Shown here piece by piece: positions 34,835 to 44,225 of a stretch of 64,000 bases of DNA; the stretch's first letter is position 1; each line of letters opens with the position of its first letter. The notes under the pieces were generated by a model. That model was not told the origin of the DNA. It did not search any database and saw only the letters and a program-made list of their open reading frames with translations. Both the position numbers and the translations under genes were made by a program. Origin of the DNA: a virus (taxonomy: Duplodnaviria; Heunggongvirae; Uroviricota; Caudoviricetes); the IMG/VR virus record IMGVR_UViG_3300036828_000767, positions 53,516-117,515 of that record, one strand, 5' to 3'.

Positions 34835-35805
34835 TGCCACGCACGACCATTCACCACGAACCCATCCCCGCCACGCTTTGCGGCTGCCCATCCTGCCAGA
34901 AGAAAGCCGGGTACCCCGGTATCACCTACCCCAGCACCAGCGCCTTCACCCAGGTCGGGGGGCATTACGGAACCCGGCAGTGGGAGGCCGGTGGCCGCGG
35001 CCCCCTGTACCTGGGAATGGAACTGGAACTGTCCAACGCCGGCGCGTCCGCGTGGCGGCACGCCTGCTCCTACCTTGGCCGGGGGACGCTCGCCGAAGTG
35101 AAACCAGACGGCGGGATGATGGAGCTGACCAGCCACCCGATGTCACCGGCGTACTTCATGGGCCACTACCCGTGGCGGATGCTCGGCGAACTCCGCGACC
35201 GTAACGTCTACGCGGAGCCGGACCGGGGCGGCATCCACGTCCACGTCAACAAAACCGCCTTCGACGGCGCCGTGCACATCTTCAACTGGATGCAGTTCTT
35301 CTACGCCAACCCGTGGGAAATGACCGCCCTCGGCGGCAGGACCCAGCAGGGCACCCGGGGGGGGCGCCACTTCCAGACTGTTCCGTCGCGGGATGCACTG
35401 ATGCGGCTTGCCGAGCAGGTTGCCGCGCAGGTGGAACTTCACAACGCCAGGCACTGGGCCGCGACACACGCCGTACAGCGCGACGGGCGGCGTGTGTTCC
35501 GGGCCGCTGACCGGGCCAGGATCAGGGCCGCTGAAGCACGCCAGGCCCTCCAGCCCTACGGTCGGTGGGGTGAAGCCGCCGCGATCAACGTCCGCCGCCA
35601 CACGGAAACGTTCGAAGTGCGGTTCCCCGGGGCGGCCATCGAACCGTGGGTGGTGAAGTCGCGGCTGCAACTGGTCGCCGCCGCTGCGGAGTTCACCCGC
35701 ACCCTCCAAAACGGCGACGACCAGAACCTCCGGTTCCCGTTGTTCGCCGACTGGGCCGCCGCGAACAGGTACCCCGAACTGTCCGCGGCGGTGGCGACGC
35801 TGTGA
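34834..35805 (+). CDS. amidoligase (Amidoligase_2 family) copy 1
   Basis: YLGMELELSN...GGMMELTSHPMS...GIHVHVN motifs shared with paralog 37348..38670; TAATG coupling. Confidence 0.55.
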   Translation: MPRTTIHHEPIPATLCGCPSCQKKAGYPGITYPSTSAFTQVGGHYGTRQWEAGGRGPLYLGMELELSNAGASAWRHACSYLGRGTLAEVKPDGGMMELTSHPMSPAYFMGHYPWRMLGELRDRNVYAEPDRGGIHVHVNKTAFDGAVHIFNWMQFFYANPWEMTALGGRTQQGTRGGRHFQTVPSRDALMRLAEQVAAQVELHNARHWAATHAVQRDGRRVFRAADRARIRAAEARQALQPYGRWGEAAAINVRRHTETFEVRFPGAAIEPWVVKSRLQLVAAAAEFTRTLQNGDDQNLRFPLFADWAAANRYPELSAAVATL

Positions 35806-36254
35806 CCAGCGACAAACCGGTCTGCTGGGGCAAGCGGCATTCGTTCAAGGTCGAACGGACACAAGCGGGTTCGGTGTCGGTTGCCGAGTACCTCGACGAC
35901 GACGCTGTCGCTTTCGCCAGGTGTTACAGCCCCACGCCGCAGGAATGGAACGACTGGTTCGCCCATGCGTGGCAGGCGGGGCAGGATTTCGAAGTCCGAC
36001 AGCGGGACGAGTACGACACCGAGGCGGAGGAACCAGCGTGCCCTGCCTGCGAAGGCGAATGCACGTGCAGCGACACGGTGAAGGCCGCCCGTGCACGGTT
36101 CGCCCCTGACGGTGAAGGCGCGGTGACCCGGAAGTCACAGGTCACGTCCACGTCGTATCCGCGTACCGCCCCTGCTCCTGTTGTCACCGCCCCCTTTCCC
36201 GGACTTGCTGTTCCGGGCACTGAGAACGGCGCTGACGCCGCGGAAATGATATAG
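35802..36254 (+). CDS. small Cys-cluster protein (CPACEGECTC)
   Basis: GTGA coupling. Confidence 0.4.
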   Translation: MTSDKPVCWGKRHSFKVERTQAGSVSVAEYLDDDAVAFARCYSPTPQEWNDWFAHAWQAGQDFEVRQRDEYDTEAEEPACPACEGECTCSDTVKAARARFAPDGEGAVTRKSQVTSTSYPRTAPAPVVTAPFPGLAVPGTENGADAAEMI

Positions 36255-36341
36255 GCCCACCATTCCTGGAACGCCACTGGGTGGTGGGGCGGAACCTACT
36301 ACCCAGTGGCGCGTCCAACTCTGCAAGAAAGGACAGCCTAG

Positions 36342-37136
36342 ATGTGCCTACTGACGTACCTGAGACCAGGTGCTCAGCCCAACGCCAAGCATCTCGCGGC
36401 CGGCGCCGTCTCGAACCGCGACGGCCACGGATACGCCATCGCCGACGGCGGCACACTTTTCGTCCGCAAGTCGCTTTCGCCCGGGACAGCCATCAGCGAA
36501 TTCGTGCAACTCCGCGAAGAACACCCAGACGGCCCGGCGATCTTCCACTCCCGGCTGGGAACAAGCGGCCTCAGAACCACCTACAACGTTCACCCGTTTT
36601 TCGTCGGCAACGACAAACTCACCGTCGTCGCGCACAACGGCATCCTGTTCACACCGCCGCGCAGCGACCCCCGTTGCGACACGCGCATGTTCGCCGAAGG
36701 CATGCTGCCAGCGACATTCGGTGACCTGGACCATTACCGGCTGCGCACCACCCTCGAAAACTGGCTTGGCCGCACGAACAAGATAGCCATTCTGACCGTC
36801 AACCCGGAGTTCGAAGATTCGGCGTACCTGTTCAACGCCGAATCCGGCCGGTGGATCGACGACGGCACCTGGCATTCCAACAGCAGCTACCTGCGGGCCT
36901 CCGACTGGTACCCCCACTGGCTCGAAGACCTCGACGAGAACACCGGCGTCCTGTGCGCGGTGTGCCTGAAACGGGGACACATCGACCCGGACACGATGAT
37001 CTGCGGCAACTGCCACTACTGCAACGAATGCTTCGAACCCGATACAGCCTGCATGTGCTCCCCCAGCGAAAGATACGACCGGCGCCCGGGGGGGTCAGGC
37101 AGCCAACTGGCGATCACTGCCGGGCCGTCGTCATGA
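36342..37136 (+). CDS. class-II glutamine amidotransferase-like Ntn hydrolase copy 1
   Basis: Begins Met-Cys (MCLLTY..), the N-terminal nucleophile arrangement of GATase-II/Ntn; RBS caagaaaggacagcc. Confidence 0.55.
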   Translation: MCLLTYLRPGAQPNAKHLAAGAVSNRDGHGYAIADGGTLFVRKSLSPGTAISEFVQLREEHPDGPAIFHSRLGTSGLRTTYNVHPFFVGNDKLTVVAHNGILFTPPRSDPRCDTRMFAEGMLPATFGDLDHYRLRTTLENWLGRTNKIAILTVNPEFEDSAYLFNAESGRWIDDGTWHSNSSYLRASDWYPHWLEDLDENTGVLCAVCLKRGHIDPDTMICGNCHYCNECFEPDTACMCSPSERYDRRPGGSGSQLAITAGPSS

Positions 37137-37348
37137 CCACATACACGATCAAGGTGGTCCACGGCCCCCGGTCAAGGCCCCTGACCGGACCCGCTGTCCC
37201 GCCTGGCGGTTCGCAAGAACATGAACACCTCGAAGCCGACCGCGCACGAGAAGGCATCCAGGTGTTCATCGACGACCTGTTCCGGTTCCACGGCAACGGC
37301 GTCAAGAGCATCACCATCACCGCCGAACGTGAGGAGGGAGGTGAATAA
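37133..37348 (+). CDS. small hypothetical protein (71 aa)
   Basis: ATGA coupling both sides. Confidence 0.4.
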   Translation: MTTYTIKVVHGPRSRPLTGPAVPPGGSQEHEHLEADRAREGIQVFIDDLFRFHGNGVKSITITAEREEGGE

Positions 37349-38670
37349 TGCCGTTCAACATTCACGGTGAAGAATACGACGACGGTTGCAACTGTGTAGG
37401 CTGCCGCCGGATTGTCGCCAACCGCGACTACGCCGACGGGGCGGTCTATTACAGCCGCGACGAAGCCGACTCCGCGAACCGGAGCTGGCGGCTGAGGCGC
37501 GGGGAAAGGCCGGCTTCGAGATACACGCCGCACGCATACCAGCACGTGCCGACGGTAACCCTGCCAGAAACCGTCACGGTCGGCATCACCCACGAAGGGG
37601 GGTACTGGACAGAAGCCAGCGTGTACGGCCAGCCATGGGATGAAGGCACCATCAGCGAATACATCACGATGATGGACGCCCGTAGCCGTGGCCAGTCATG
37701 GGGCGCGTACCGGGTCGAGCCGGAACTCACCCCGGTGCAGCGGATAATCGCCCAGTACCCGCGCAGCGATCCACGGAAAAACTACACGTGGACCCCGCCG
37801 CGCTGGGTAATGCACGGTGACGGCCCGTCGTATTACGGCATGGAAATTGAGATCAAGTGCCGCAACTCCCAGGTGATGCAGCACGCCCAGGCTGTCATCG
37901 GCGCGCATGGTCATTTGAAGAACGATTCGTCGATCGGCGGCGGCTTCGAACTGGTCACGCATCCGATGTCTTTCTCATGGGCGATGGCGAATTTCCCCTG
38001 GGACCTGCTGCCGCAGCTCACCGAAATGGGCTGCACGATCGACCCGGCGGTGAACGGCATCCACGTCCACGTCAACCGGGACGGCTTCACCTCCGGCGCG
38101 CACATGCTGCGGTGGCTGAAGTTCATCTACCGCAACAGCAGCCAGGTGACACGGATCGCCCGAAGGGAAACAGCAAGGTACGGCTCGTTCAGCGACACCG
38201 TTCAGGCGGCGCATTACGCGCACATCATGGCGGAAAAGGCCAAAGCGCGGCTGAAAGAAGCTGAAGCCCGGTTCGCTGAGTTTGCGTCGTATGAGAACGA
38301 GGTCGCCTACGCGGAAGCGAACCGTGACTTGCGAGCCCTGATTTCCGGCGACCGCACCAGGGTGAGCCGGTACCAGGCGATCAACACCCGGCCCCCGGAC
38401 ACGCTGGAAATGCGTATGTTCGCGTCAACGCTGGCGGTCATGGAAGCGCAGGCGACGTTGCAGATGGCAGCGGCGTCCGTTGAATACACCCGTGGTATCC
38501 GCGCCGCGCAGGTCTGCAAGGGGGCCTGGGGGTGGATTGCGTTTTCCGCATGGTTGCGGGACAACGGGACCACCTATCCGGCGCTGTTGCAGGCGAACCG
38601 GTACGCGCGGATGCCAGCCGCGCCGACCGCAACCTACACCCTGTCCGAAACGCCACGAAGGGGGCTTTGA
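37348..38670 (+). CDS. amidoligase (Amidoligase_2 family) copy 2
   Basis: YYGMEIEIKC...GFELVTHPMS...GIHVHVNRDGF; RBS gaggagggaggtg. Confidence 0.55.
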   Translation: MPFNIHGEEYDDGCNCVGCRRIVANRDYADGAVYYSRDEADSANRSWRLRRGERPASRYTPHAYQHVPTVTLPETVTVGITHEGGYWTEASVYGQPWDEGTISEYITMMDARSRGQSWGAYRVEPELTPVQRIIAQYPRSDPRKNYTWTPPRWVMHGDGPSYYGMEIEIKCRNSQVMQHAQAVIGAHGHLKNDSSIGGGFELVTHPMSFSWAMANFPWDLLPQLTEMGCTIDPAVNGIHVHVNRDGFTSGAHMLRWLKFIYRNSSQVTRIARRETARYGSFSDTVQAAHYAHIMAEKAKARLKEAEARFAEFASYENEVAYAEANRDLRALISGDRTRVSRYQAINTRPPDTLEMRMFASTLAVMEAQATLQMAAASVEYTRGIRAAQVCKGAWGWIAFSAWLRDNGTTYPALLQANRYARMPAAPTATYTLSETPRRGL

Positions 38671-38671
38671 C

Positions 38672-39496
38672 ATGTGCCTGTTGTGCGTTCTCCCGGCGGG
38701 TGTTATGCCTGACCCGGTAGAGCTGGAACTGTCCGCGGCGAACAATCCTGACGGGTTCGGTTACGCCATCATCACCGCCCGGGGGAACCTGCTTATCCGC
38801 CGGGGCATGGACGCCGACCATATCATTTCCGCTTTCTTGAAGGACCGGAAAAAGCACCTGGGGCCAGCGATATGGCATTCCCGTATCGGAACTTCCGGCA
38901 CCAAAACGTCGATGAACTGTCACCCGTTTATTGTCGGGCGGGACCACCGGACAGTCCTGGCACATAACGGGACACTGTTCCGGCCGCCACATAATGAGCC
39001 GCGTTCCGACACGAACATTTTCGCCGCGGAAGTGATGCCGGTGCATTTCCGGGCGGTGGACAGGCCAGCGGTGCGGCTCCGGCTGGAACGTCAGCTCGGC
39101 GGCAACAAGGTCGCGTTGCTGACCACAAACCGGCGGTACCGGCACCCGTTTTACATCTTCAACGAGCACCTCGGCGAGTGGACCGAGATGGGCGCGTGGA
39201 TGTCGAACAGTTCTTACCGGGTTGCCCGCCGCCGGTACGGCGGCAACAGCAACTACCGGTACCAGTACCGGGACGGCAACGGCTGGCGGTCGTACGACGG
39301 CGGGAAGTCCTGGGAACTGGTCCCAGAGGGCGGCTTCTACACCGCCCCCACGAAGGGCACCCGCTACGGCTGGTGCCGGTGGTGTAAGACGCAGCAGGTT
39401 GTGGACCCCTACACGAACATTTGCACGAACTGCCACGTCTGCGGGGAGTGCGGCGAATGGCGGCGGAAGTGCGAATGCAAACTGGTGCCGGCGTGA
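38672..39496 (+). CDS. class-II glutamine amidotransferase-like Ntn hydrolase copy 2
   Basis: Begins MCLLCVLP; clear paralog of 36342..37136 (H(S/N)R(L/I)GTSG, HNG(I/T)LF, MSNSSY). Confidence 0.55.
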   Translation: MCLLCVLPAGVMPDPVELELSAANNPDGFGYAIITARGNLLIRRGMDADHIISAFLKDRKKHLGPAIWHSRIGTSGTKTSMNCHPFIVGRDHRTVLAHNGTLFRPPHNEPRSDTNIFAAEVMPVHFRAVDRPAVRLRLERQLGGNKVALLTTNRRYRHPFYIFNEHLGEWTEMGAWMSNSSYRVARRRYGGNSNYRYQYRDGNGWRSYDGGKSWELVPEGGFYTAPTKGTRYGWCRWCKTQQVVDPYTNICTNCHVCGECGEWRRKCECKLVPA

Positions 39497-40296
39497 AACT
39501 TCTGCGCCCGGTAGACGGGCCACCGTGTCCTGAATGCCCGTACCGCAGGGACGTCGAGCCGGGTATCTGGCCGGAGTCGGTGTACGGGCGCCTGGCCGGT
39601 TACGACGGCAGCCTGACACAACAGCAGGCCACCGGCACCAAGAGCTGCATGTTCTGCATCCGCAAGTCAAGCCGGCTGTGCGGCGGCTGGATAGCTGCGC
39701 ATCCGCTGCCCATTAACTTCGCCTTGCAGATGCAGGCGCCCAGCGGCACGCTGGATATTGATGCGATCCGGGCGTATCGTCCCGGTGTGCCGGTGTTCGA
39801 CACTGGTGCGGCAGCAGTCATCCACGGCTTGAAGAGAGGTTCAATGCTTACCGGCGGAACGTTGCTGGACCGTAACCGCCGCGACGACCGCTGCGACTGC
39901 ACGCACCGCCGGTTCTCCCACGACGACGACGGCTGCGTGTGGTGCGACTGCCTGATGTTCAAACTCGAAGGACCCAGAACGCCGCGGCGGTCATCGGCTG
40001 ACGTGGACGCGCTAGCCGAAGAAATCGTGGAAGCCGTCAAGGAATGGGCGAAAGGTGACGGGGCGAAACTGGACCAGGCCGCCAAAATCCTTTCCGTCAA
40101 CCCGGTACTGGGGAAACTGCCGTCAGGCCACGACCACGCATCAGGGTGGCGTTGCGGTATGTGCGACGACTGCCCCGTGTACCGGCGAGACGAAGACGCC
40201 AATTTCTGTAAGTGTGGCCATTCGGTTATCAACCACGCCTTCGAACGGGTAAGCGAAATAAGGAGTCGCCATGATAAGCAAGAACAGCCCGCCTGA
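39493..40296 (+). CDS. Cys-rich protein (multiple CxxC / CxC)
   Basis: GTGA coupling; CPECPYRR, CMFCIRK, CDCTHRRF, CVWCDC, CGMCDDCP, CKCGH. Confidence 0.45.
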   Translation: MKLLRPVDGPPCPECPYRRDVEPGIWPESVYGRLAGYDGSLTQQQATGTKSCMFCIRKSSRLCGGWIAAHPLPINFALQMQAPSGTLDIDAIRAYRPGVPVFDTGAAAVIHGLKRGSMLTGGTLLDRNRRDDRCDCTHRRFSHDDDGCVWCDCLMFKLEGPRTPRRSSADVDALAEEIVEAVKEWAKGDGAKLDQAAKILSVNPVLGKLPSGHDHASGWRCGMCDDCPVYRRDEDANFCKCGHSVINHAFERVSEIRSRHDKQEQPA

Positions 40297-40927
40297 GCGG
40301 GCAGAGATAGACCGGCTACGGCAAATCCTCTGGGACATAGCCAGAATGACCGGTTACGAAGGCCCCGATGAGGCGCCGCCGCCGGGCGGTGACCCGGACG
40401 TCCCGGAACTCGCCGCTGATTCGGTGAAGGCGTATTGCGCGGAGTACCTGTCCTACACCTCACCTGAAGGCAGGGATGTGCACCCTGCCGCCGGGCCGGA
40501 TGACAGGTGCACCTGCGGGCTGACCATCACCTGGCACCATGACGCCTGGGTGCATTTGTACAACGACCGGTTGCTCACCCGGGTGCATACCGCCGCACCG
40601 GCCACCGGGTACTACGAACCGGGCCGCACCGAACCCGAGCAGGAGACCGGCGGGGAAGGATATAGCCGCGGCGGTGTGTTCCCGGACGACATCGACGTGA
40701 CGGCTGTCCGGTCGCTGGCAAGCCAGTTCGCCGAAAACCGGGTCACCGTGTCCCCGGACGTGTCCCAAACCACGAGTGAAGGCGGCTTCGTGTACCAAAC
40801 CCCGTCCGGCGAATACCGGACGTCCGGCGATTACCAGTTCCACATACAGCCCTCGCGTACCCGGCGGCCCATACGTGCCCGGGAACCAGACCCAAACGAC
40901 CTAGTCGATGAGGAAGGACCCTTCTGA
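40271..40927 (+). CDS. hypothetical protein
   Basis: RBS aataaggagtcgcc. Confidence 0.5.
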   Translation: MISKNSPPERAEIDRLRQILWDIARMTGYEGPDEAPPPGGDPDVPELAADSVKAYCAEYLSYTSPEGRDVHPAAGPDDRCTCGLTITWHHDAWVHLYNDRLLTRVHTAAPATGYYEPGRTEPEQETGGEGYSRGGVFPDDIDVTAVRSLASQFAENRVTVSPDVSQTTSEGGFVYQTPSGEYRTSGDYQFHIQPSRTRRPIRAREPDPNDLVDEEGPF

Positions 40928-41289
40928 TGCCACGCTCAACGAACACAGCCCTGGTCACCGTCGGCCCCATGCCACCGTCGCAGGCGACACGAATCGCAAC
41001 CGCGCTCACAGATGGCCGCGTGGACCTTGAAGGGCAACGGGTCGCGGTGGTCGGCGGCATCGACCACGATTCCCAGTATCCGCGGCATGCTTTCACCGGC
41101 GGCGAGCTGGACATGATCGTCGAACTCGCCGCGAACTGCTGGGGGCAGCAGCGCAACGGAGCCCTCGGCCGGCCCAGCGTAAACCAGGCGGAGGCACGGC
41201 TCGCGATGCGCGCCTACTACAGCATCAACGGCCTGGGCACGCCGTCAGCGGAGCAACTACGGACAGCTCATAGCTCGGACCATTACTGA
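40927..41289 (+). CDS. hypothetical protein
   Basis: TGATG coupling. Confidence 0.45.
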   Translation: MPRSTNTALVTVGPMPPSQATRIATALTDGRVDLEGQRVAVVGGIDHDSQYPRHAFTGGELDMIVELAANCWGQQRNGALGRPSVNQAEARLAMRAYYSINGLGTPSAEQLRTAHSSDHY

Positions 41290-41801
41290 TGCCAACCCCT
41301 GACCCTGTTGCCCGCCTTATTAAAACGGCACCTTACCTGGATTACCGGCCGGCACTGGTCCGGGGAACTGGGCCGCATAGTTACAGGCGGGAAACGGGGC
41401 GGGGGCGGCGCAACAACCTGGATTCTGTTGGTCTCATCCACGGCTGGGATTTTGTCCCTTACGCCTGGGCCGGCGAAGGCCGCGCTAAGGAAAGGACATG
41501 GCTCGACAAGCTTTTCGAGGAAGGGAGCGGCGAGTTGAACGAACAACCGCACCGGCCACACACCTGCCTGTCATGTAGTTGCATCATCGAAGGCGACGAG
41601 CCTGAGATAAAGATTCCCGGGCGGGCCGGGCCTACAAGCACCAGGTATTCGCATGCGTCGTGGCAGGGGTGCCAGGCTGCGATGGAACGGTCACGTATCG
41701 CGTTCCGGGCCAGTTACCCGCAACAGTCCAAGTCGCGTGGCACCCCTGGTCACGGCCGGGCCACACCAGTCGCGTCGTCACATCCACCGAGGTCACGGGC
41801 T

Positions 41802-41814
41802 GGTGGTATACTAG
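41802..41814 (+). promoter_or_regulatory. extended -10 promoter-like motif ggtggTATACTag
   Basis: Sits in a 550-bp low-GC3 region, 27 nt upstream of ATG 41841 with RBS gtaggagaa. Confidence 0.45.
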
Positions 41815-41840
41815 AACAGCCACCACCCGTAGGAGAACCC

Positions 41841-43244
41841 ATGAACACAGACATCCTCGCCATAGTGCGAGGATTCAGGCACAAGGGCTACACCGTCGAA
41901 CAATCAACCGGCACAAGCCACTTCTTCGTCCGAAACCCAGACGGCTCCCTCTACACAACACTCCCCAGCACACCCCACGCCCGGGGCGTCACCGAATCAC
42001 AGAACCAGCTACGCAAAGCCCCCGACCTGAAAGCCGCAGACAAAGCCAAACGGAAGGTCGCCGCAGCCGCCGCGCTCGGCGGGCCAGCACCAGCCGAAGC
42101 ACCACGACCTGCGGAACAGATGGCCGAACTGCCGGAAGTCCGCGAAGGGAAGATTCCCCTCACCGCCTGGTGGCTGTGGGACCACCTTCGTGTGGAAGCC
42201 GAACGGGGTGGACGCAAAGCCCAGTACCAGGGCAAGGACGGCTGGATATGGGAAGGCCACGTCACCGCGGCGATGGCGCGGCTGTGGCCGAAGCTAGCCG
42301 ATGCGGATACGGTGCGCCGGGAAGCAGTCGTGAGCCTCGGTGAGTATCTGCGTCTCACCGGCCATGTGGTGAACATCAAGAACCGTGGCCCGAACGCGCT
42401 CAGCGAATACTGGCTCGCACCTGTCTGGGCCGGTGGCCCGGACACCATAGGCAAAGCGCGGTCCGCTGCCCGTGGGGTGAAGCAGCGAGGCGGGACACAC
42501 GACCAGAACATAGCCGCCATCGAAGCAGCCGTTGTGAAACTCGCGGCCCCGCAGGGGACCGTCACCACGGGACAGCTCATCGCCGAACTGCCCGGCATCA
42601 ACCCCAGCGTCATCTCGACCCTTCTCGGCGAGGTCGTCGCCAGCACGTTCCCGTTGAACAGGGTCAAGAACGGCACCTACCAGTACGAAGGAGAGCCACA
42701 TATGACACAAACGCCTGCATCCCGCCGGCCGAACCCCCGGCTCGAAGTTCTGCGTTACAAGCAGGAAAGGCCGGATGTTCCTGAGTCGGTCGCAGAGGTC
42801 GCCGCGGCGCTTCGAATATCCGACCAGGCTGCCGGGAAGGCACTGCGTGAATGGTGGCAGGACGGCACGCAGGGTATCGACCGGCTCACCGGCAACCTGT
42901 ACGTGTTCCGCACGCACCTGCTGCCCGACGGTCACCCGCTGCGCAATACGCCAGCCGAGACCGCACCTGAGGCGGAGATGCACCTGACGCCACGCGAGGT
43001 GGCACAGATCGAGACCGCCGCTGAAACCCCCGCACCGGAGAAGACTGCACTCGCGGACAAGAAGGTCCGGGAGGCCGTCGAAGCCACCAAGCCGAAGACA
43101 CCGGCGGGCCATCAGCGTATCGAAGACTTCGTTGCACTGCGGCCTGACGCGAAATTGTACGCCGAAATGTTCACCACCGCCGATGGTGTCACCATCCTCA
43201 TCGACGAGGACGGGCAGATGCGCGAGCTGAGGCCGAAGAAGTGA
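41841..43244 (+). CDS. large protein (468 aa) with N-terminal HicA/YcfA-like domain
   Basis: In-frame ATG of ORF 41289..43244 after promoter and RBS; GTSHFFVRNPDGSLYTTLPSTPH resembles the HicA GSH..F.HP.G...T.P.H pattern. Confidence 0.5.
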   Translation: MNTDILAIVRGFRHKGYTVEQSTGTSHFFVRNPDGSLYTTLPSTPHARGVTESQNQLRKAPDLKAADKAKRKVAAAAALGGPAPAEAPRPAEQMAELPEVREGKIPLTAWWLWDHLRVEAERGGRKAQYQGKDGWIWEGHVTAAMARLWPKLADADTVRREAVVSLGEYLRLTGHVVNIKNRGPNALSEYWLAPVWAGGPDTIGKARSAARGVKQRGGTHDQNIAAIEAAVVKLAAPQGTVTTGQLIAELPGINPSVISTLLGEVVASTFPLNRVKNGTYQYEGEPHMTQTPASRRPNPRLEVLRYKQERPDVPESVAEVAAALRISDQAAGKALREWWQDGTQGIDRLTGNLYVFRTHLLPDGHPLRNTPAETAPEAEMHLTPREVAQIETAAETPAPEKTALADKKVREAVEATKPKTPAGHQRIEDFVALRPDAKLYAEMFTTADGVTILIDEDGQMRELRPKK

Positions 43245-43411
43245 GAATCCAGCAGGACGGCGGTGTGCGTCCCGTGAAGGAACGGGACGCACACCGGGCA
43301 GGCCCAGACCATCCGTACCGGGTTGCCGTTGTCGTTTACATGACCCCCGAGGAACGTGACGGCTGGGGATCAGGGCAACTGGTCCTCGCTCTCACGGAGG
43401 CGGAGACATGA
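43241..43411 (+). CDS. small hypothetical protein (56 aa)
   Basis: GTGA and ATGA coupling. Confidence 0.25.
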   Translation: MRIQQDGGVRPVKERDAHRAGPDHPYRVAVVVYMTPEERDGWGSGQLVLALTEAET

Positions 43412-43668
43412 CCCACTGCCCGCAGTACGCTCACGCCCGCTGTCCAGGCTGTGAATGCGTGTGCCATGGTGCGCGGGACCGGGTGCTAGCCACGCGAACC
43501 CCGCGCATCCCGCGGCATGCGGTGGCCGTCATGACGAACGCCTGGGGCACCGAGTCCGTCGTCGAAGACCAGGACGGGGAGTCCCTGACGGGCGACCGGG
43601 TGTTTCCCGACATGGACCACGCCGAAGAATGGGCGGAGGGTTTCAACACCGCCATGCGCGGGGTGTGA
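43408..43668 (+). CDS. Cys-rich small protein
   Basis: CPQYAHARCPGCECVCH. Confidence 0.45.
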   Translation: MTHCPQYAHARCPGCECVCHGARDRVLATRTPRIPRHAVAVMTNAWGTESVVEDQDGESLTGDRVFPDMDHAEEWAEGFNTAMRGV

Positions 43669-43697
43669 CGTAGGTCACATTCCTTACCAGGGTGCCG

Positions 43698-43710
43698 TGT
43701 AGTATACTAG
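43698..43710 (+). promoter_or_regulatory. extended -10 promoter-like motif tgtagTATACTag
   Basis: Followed by cccaccacc element and RBS caggagg. Confidence 0.45.
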
Positions 43711-43769
43711 AGGTACCCACCACCATGCGCGGAAACAAAAGCCGCGCAGAGACACCAGGAGGCAACACC

Positions 43770-44225
43770 ATGCGACGAACCCTCACCACGGCGGTAATCG
43801 CTGCGCTGGCACTGCTCGCTGCGGCGTGCGGTACCAGCCACAGCACCGTCAACGTCACCCCCAGCGAAAGCGCAGCCGCCCACGCCGCAGCGCAACGCGG
43901 CATCACCGTCATCGAGCAATGCACACCCAACGGCAAGGCGATGATCGGCGGCATCGTCAACCACACCGCCACCGGGCTCACCTACATCCAGGTCGCCAAG
44001 ACCTTCAAGTCCAGCAAGAACCGGGCCGCCATCTGGGCCTGTGCGTCCAAGAAGGCCCAGCAGATACCAGGCACCAACCCGAAGGCCGCAATGGAAACCT
44101 GCTTCGCCAAGAGCGACGCAGCGACCACCGCGGTGCGGCACCCGTTCCACGCCGCGCACCACCCGGCCCAGACCGCTGAGGCGCTGCTGAACGCCGCCGC
44201 GGTCTGCGTGGGGAACGAAGTCTGA
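43770..44225 (+). CDS. secreted lipoprotein
   Basis: MRRTLTTAVIAALALLAAAC = signal peptide with lipobox; RBS caggaggcaacacc. Confidence 0.55.
   Translation: MRRTLTTAVIAALALLAAACGTSHSTVNVTPSESAAAHAAAQRGITVIEQCTPNGKAMIGGIVNHTATGLTYIQVAKTFKSSKNRAAIWACASKKAQQIPGTNPKAAMETCFAKSDAATTAVRHPFHAAHHPAQTAEALLNAAAVCVGNEV

Noticed and set aside
41289-43244. Single 651-aa protein
   Set aside because: The first 552 nt have noncoding-like third positions and contain a promoter + RBS for the in-frame ATG at 41841.
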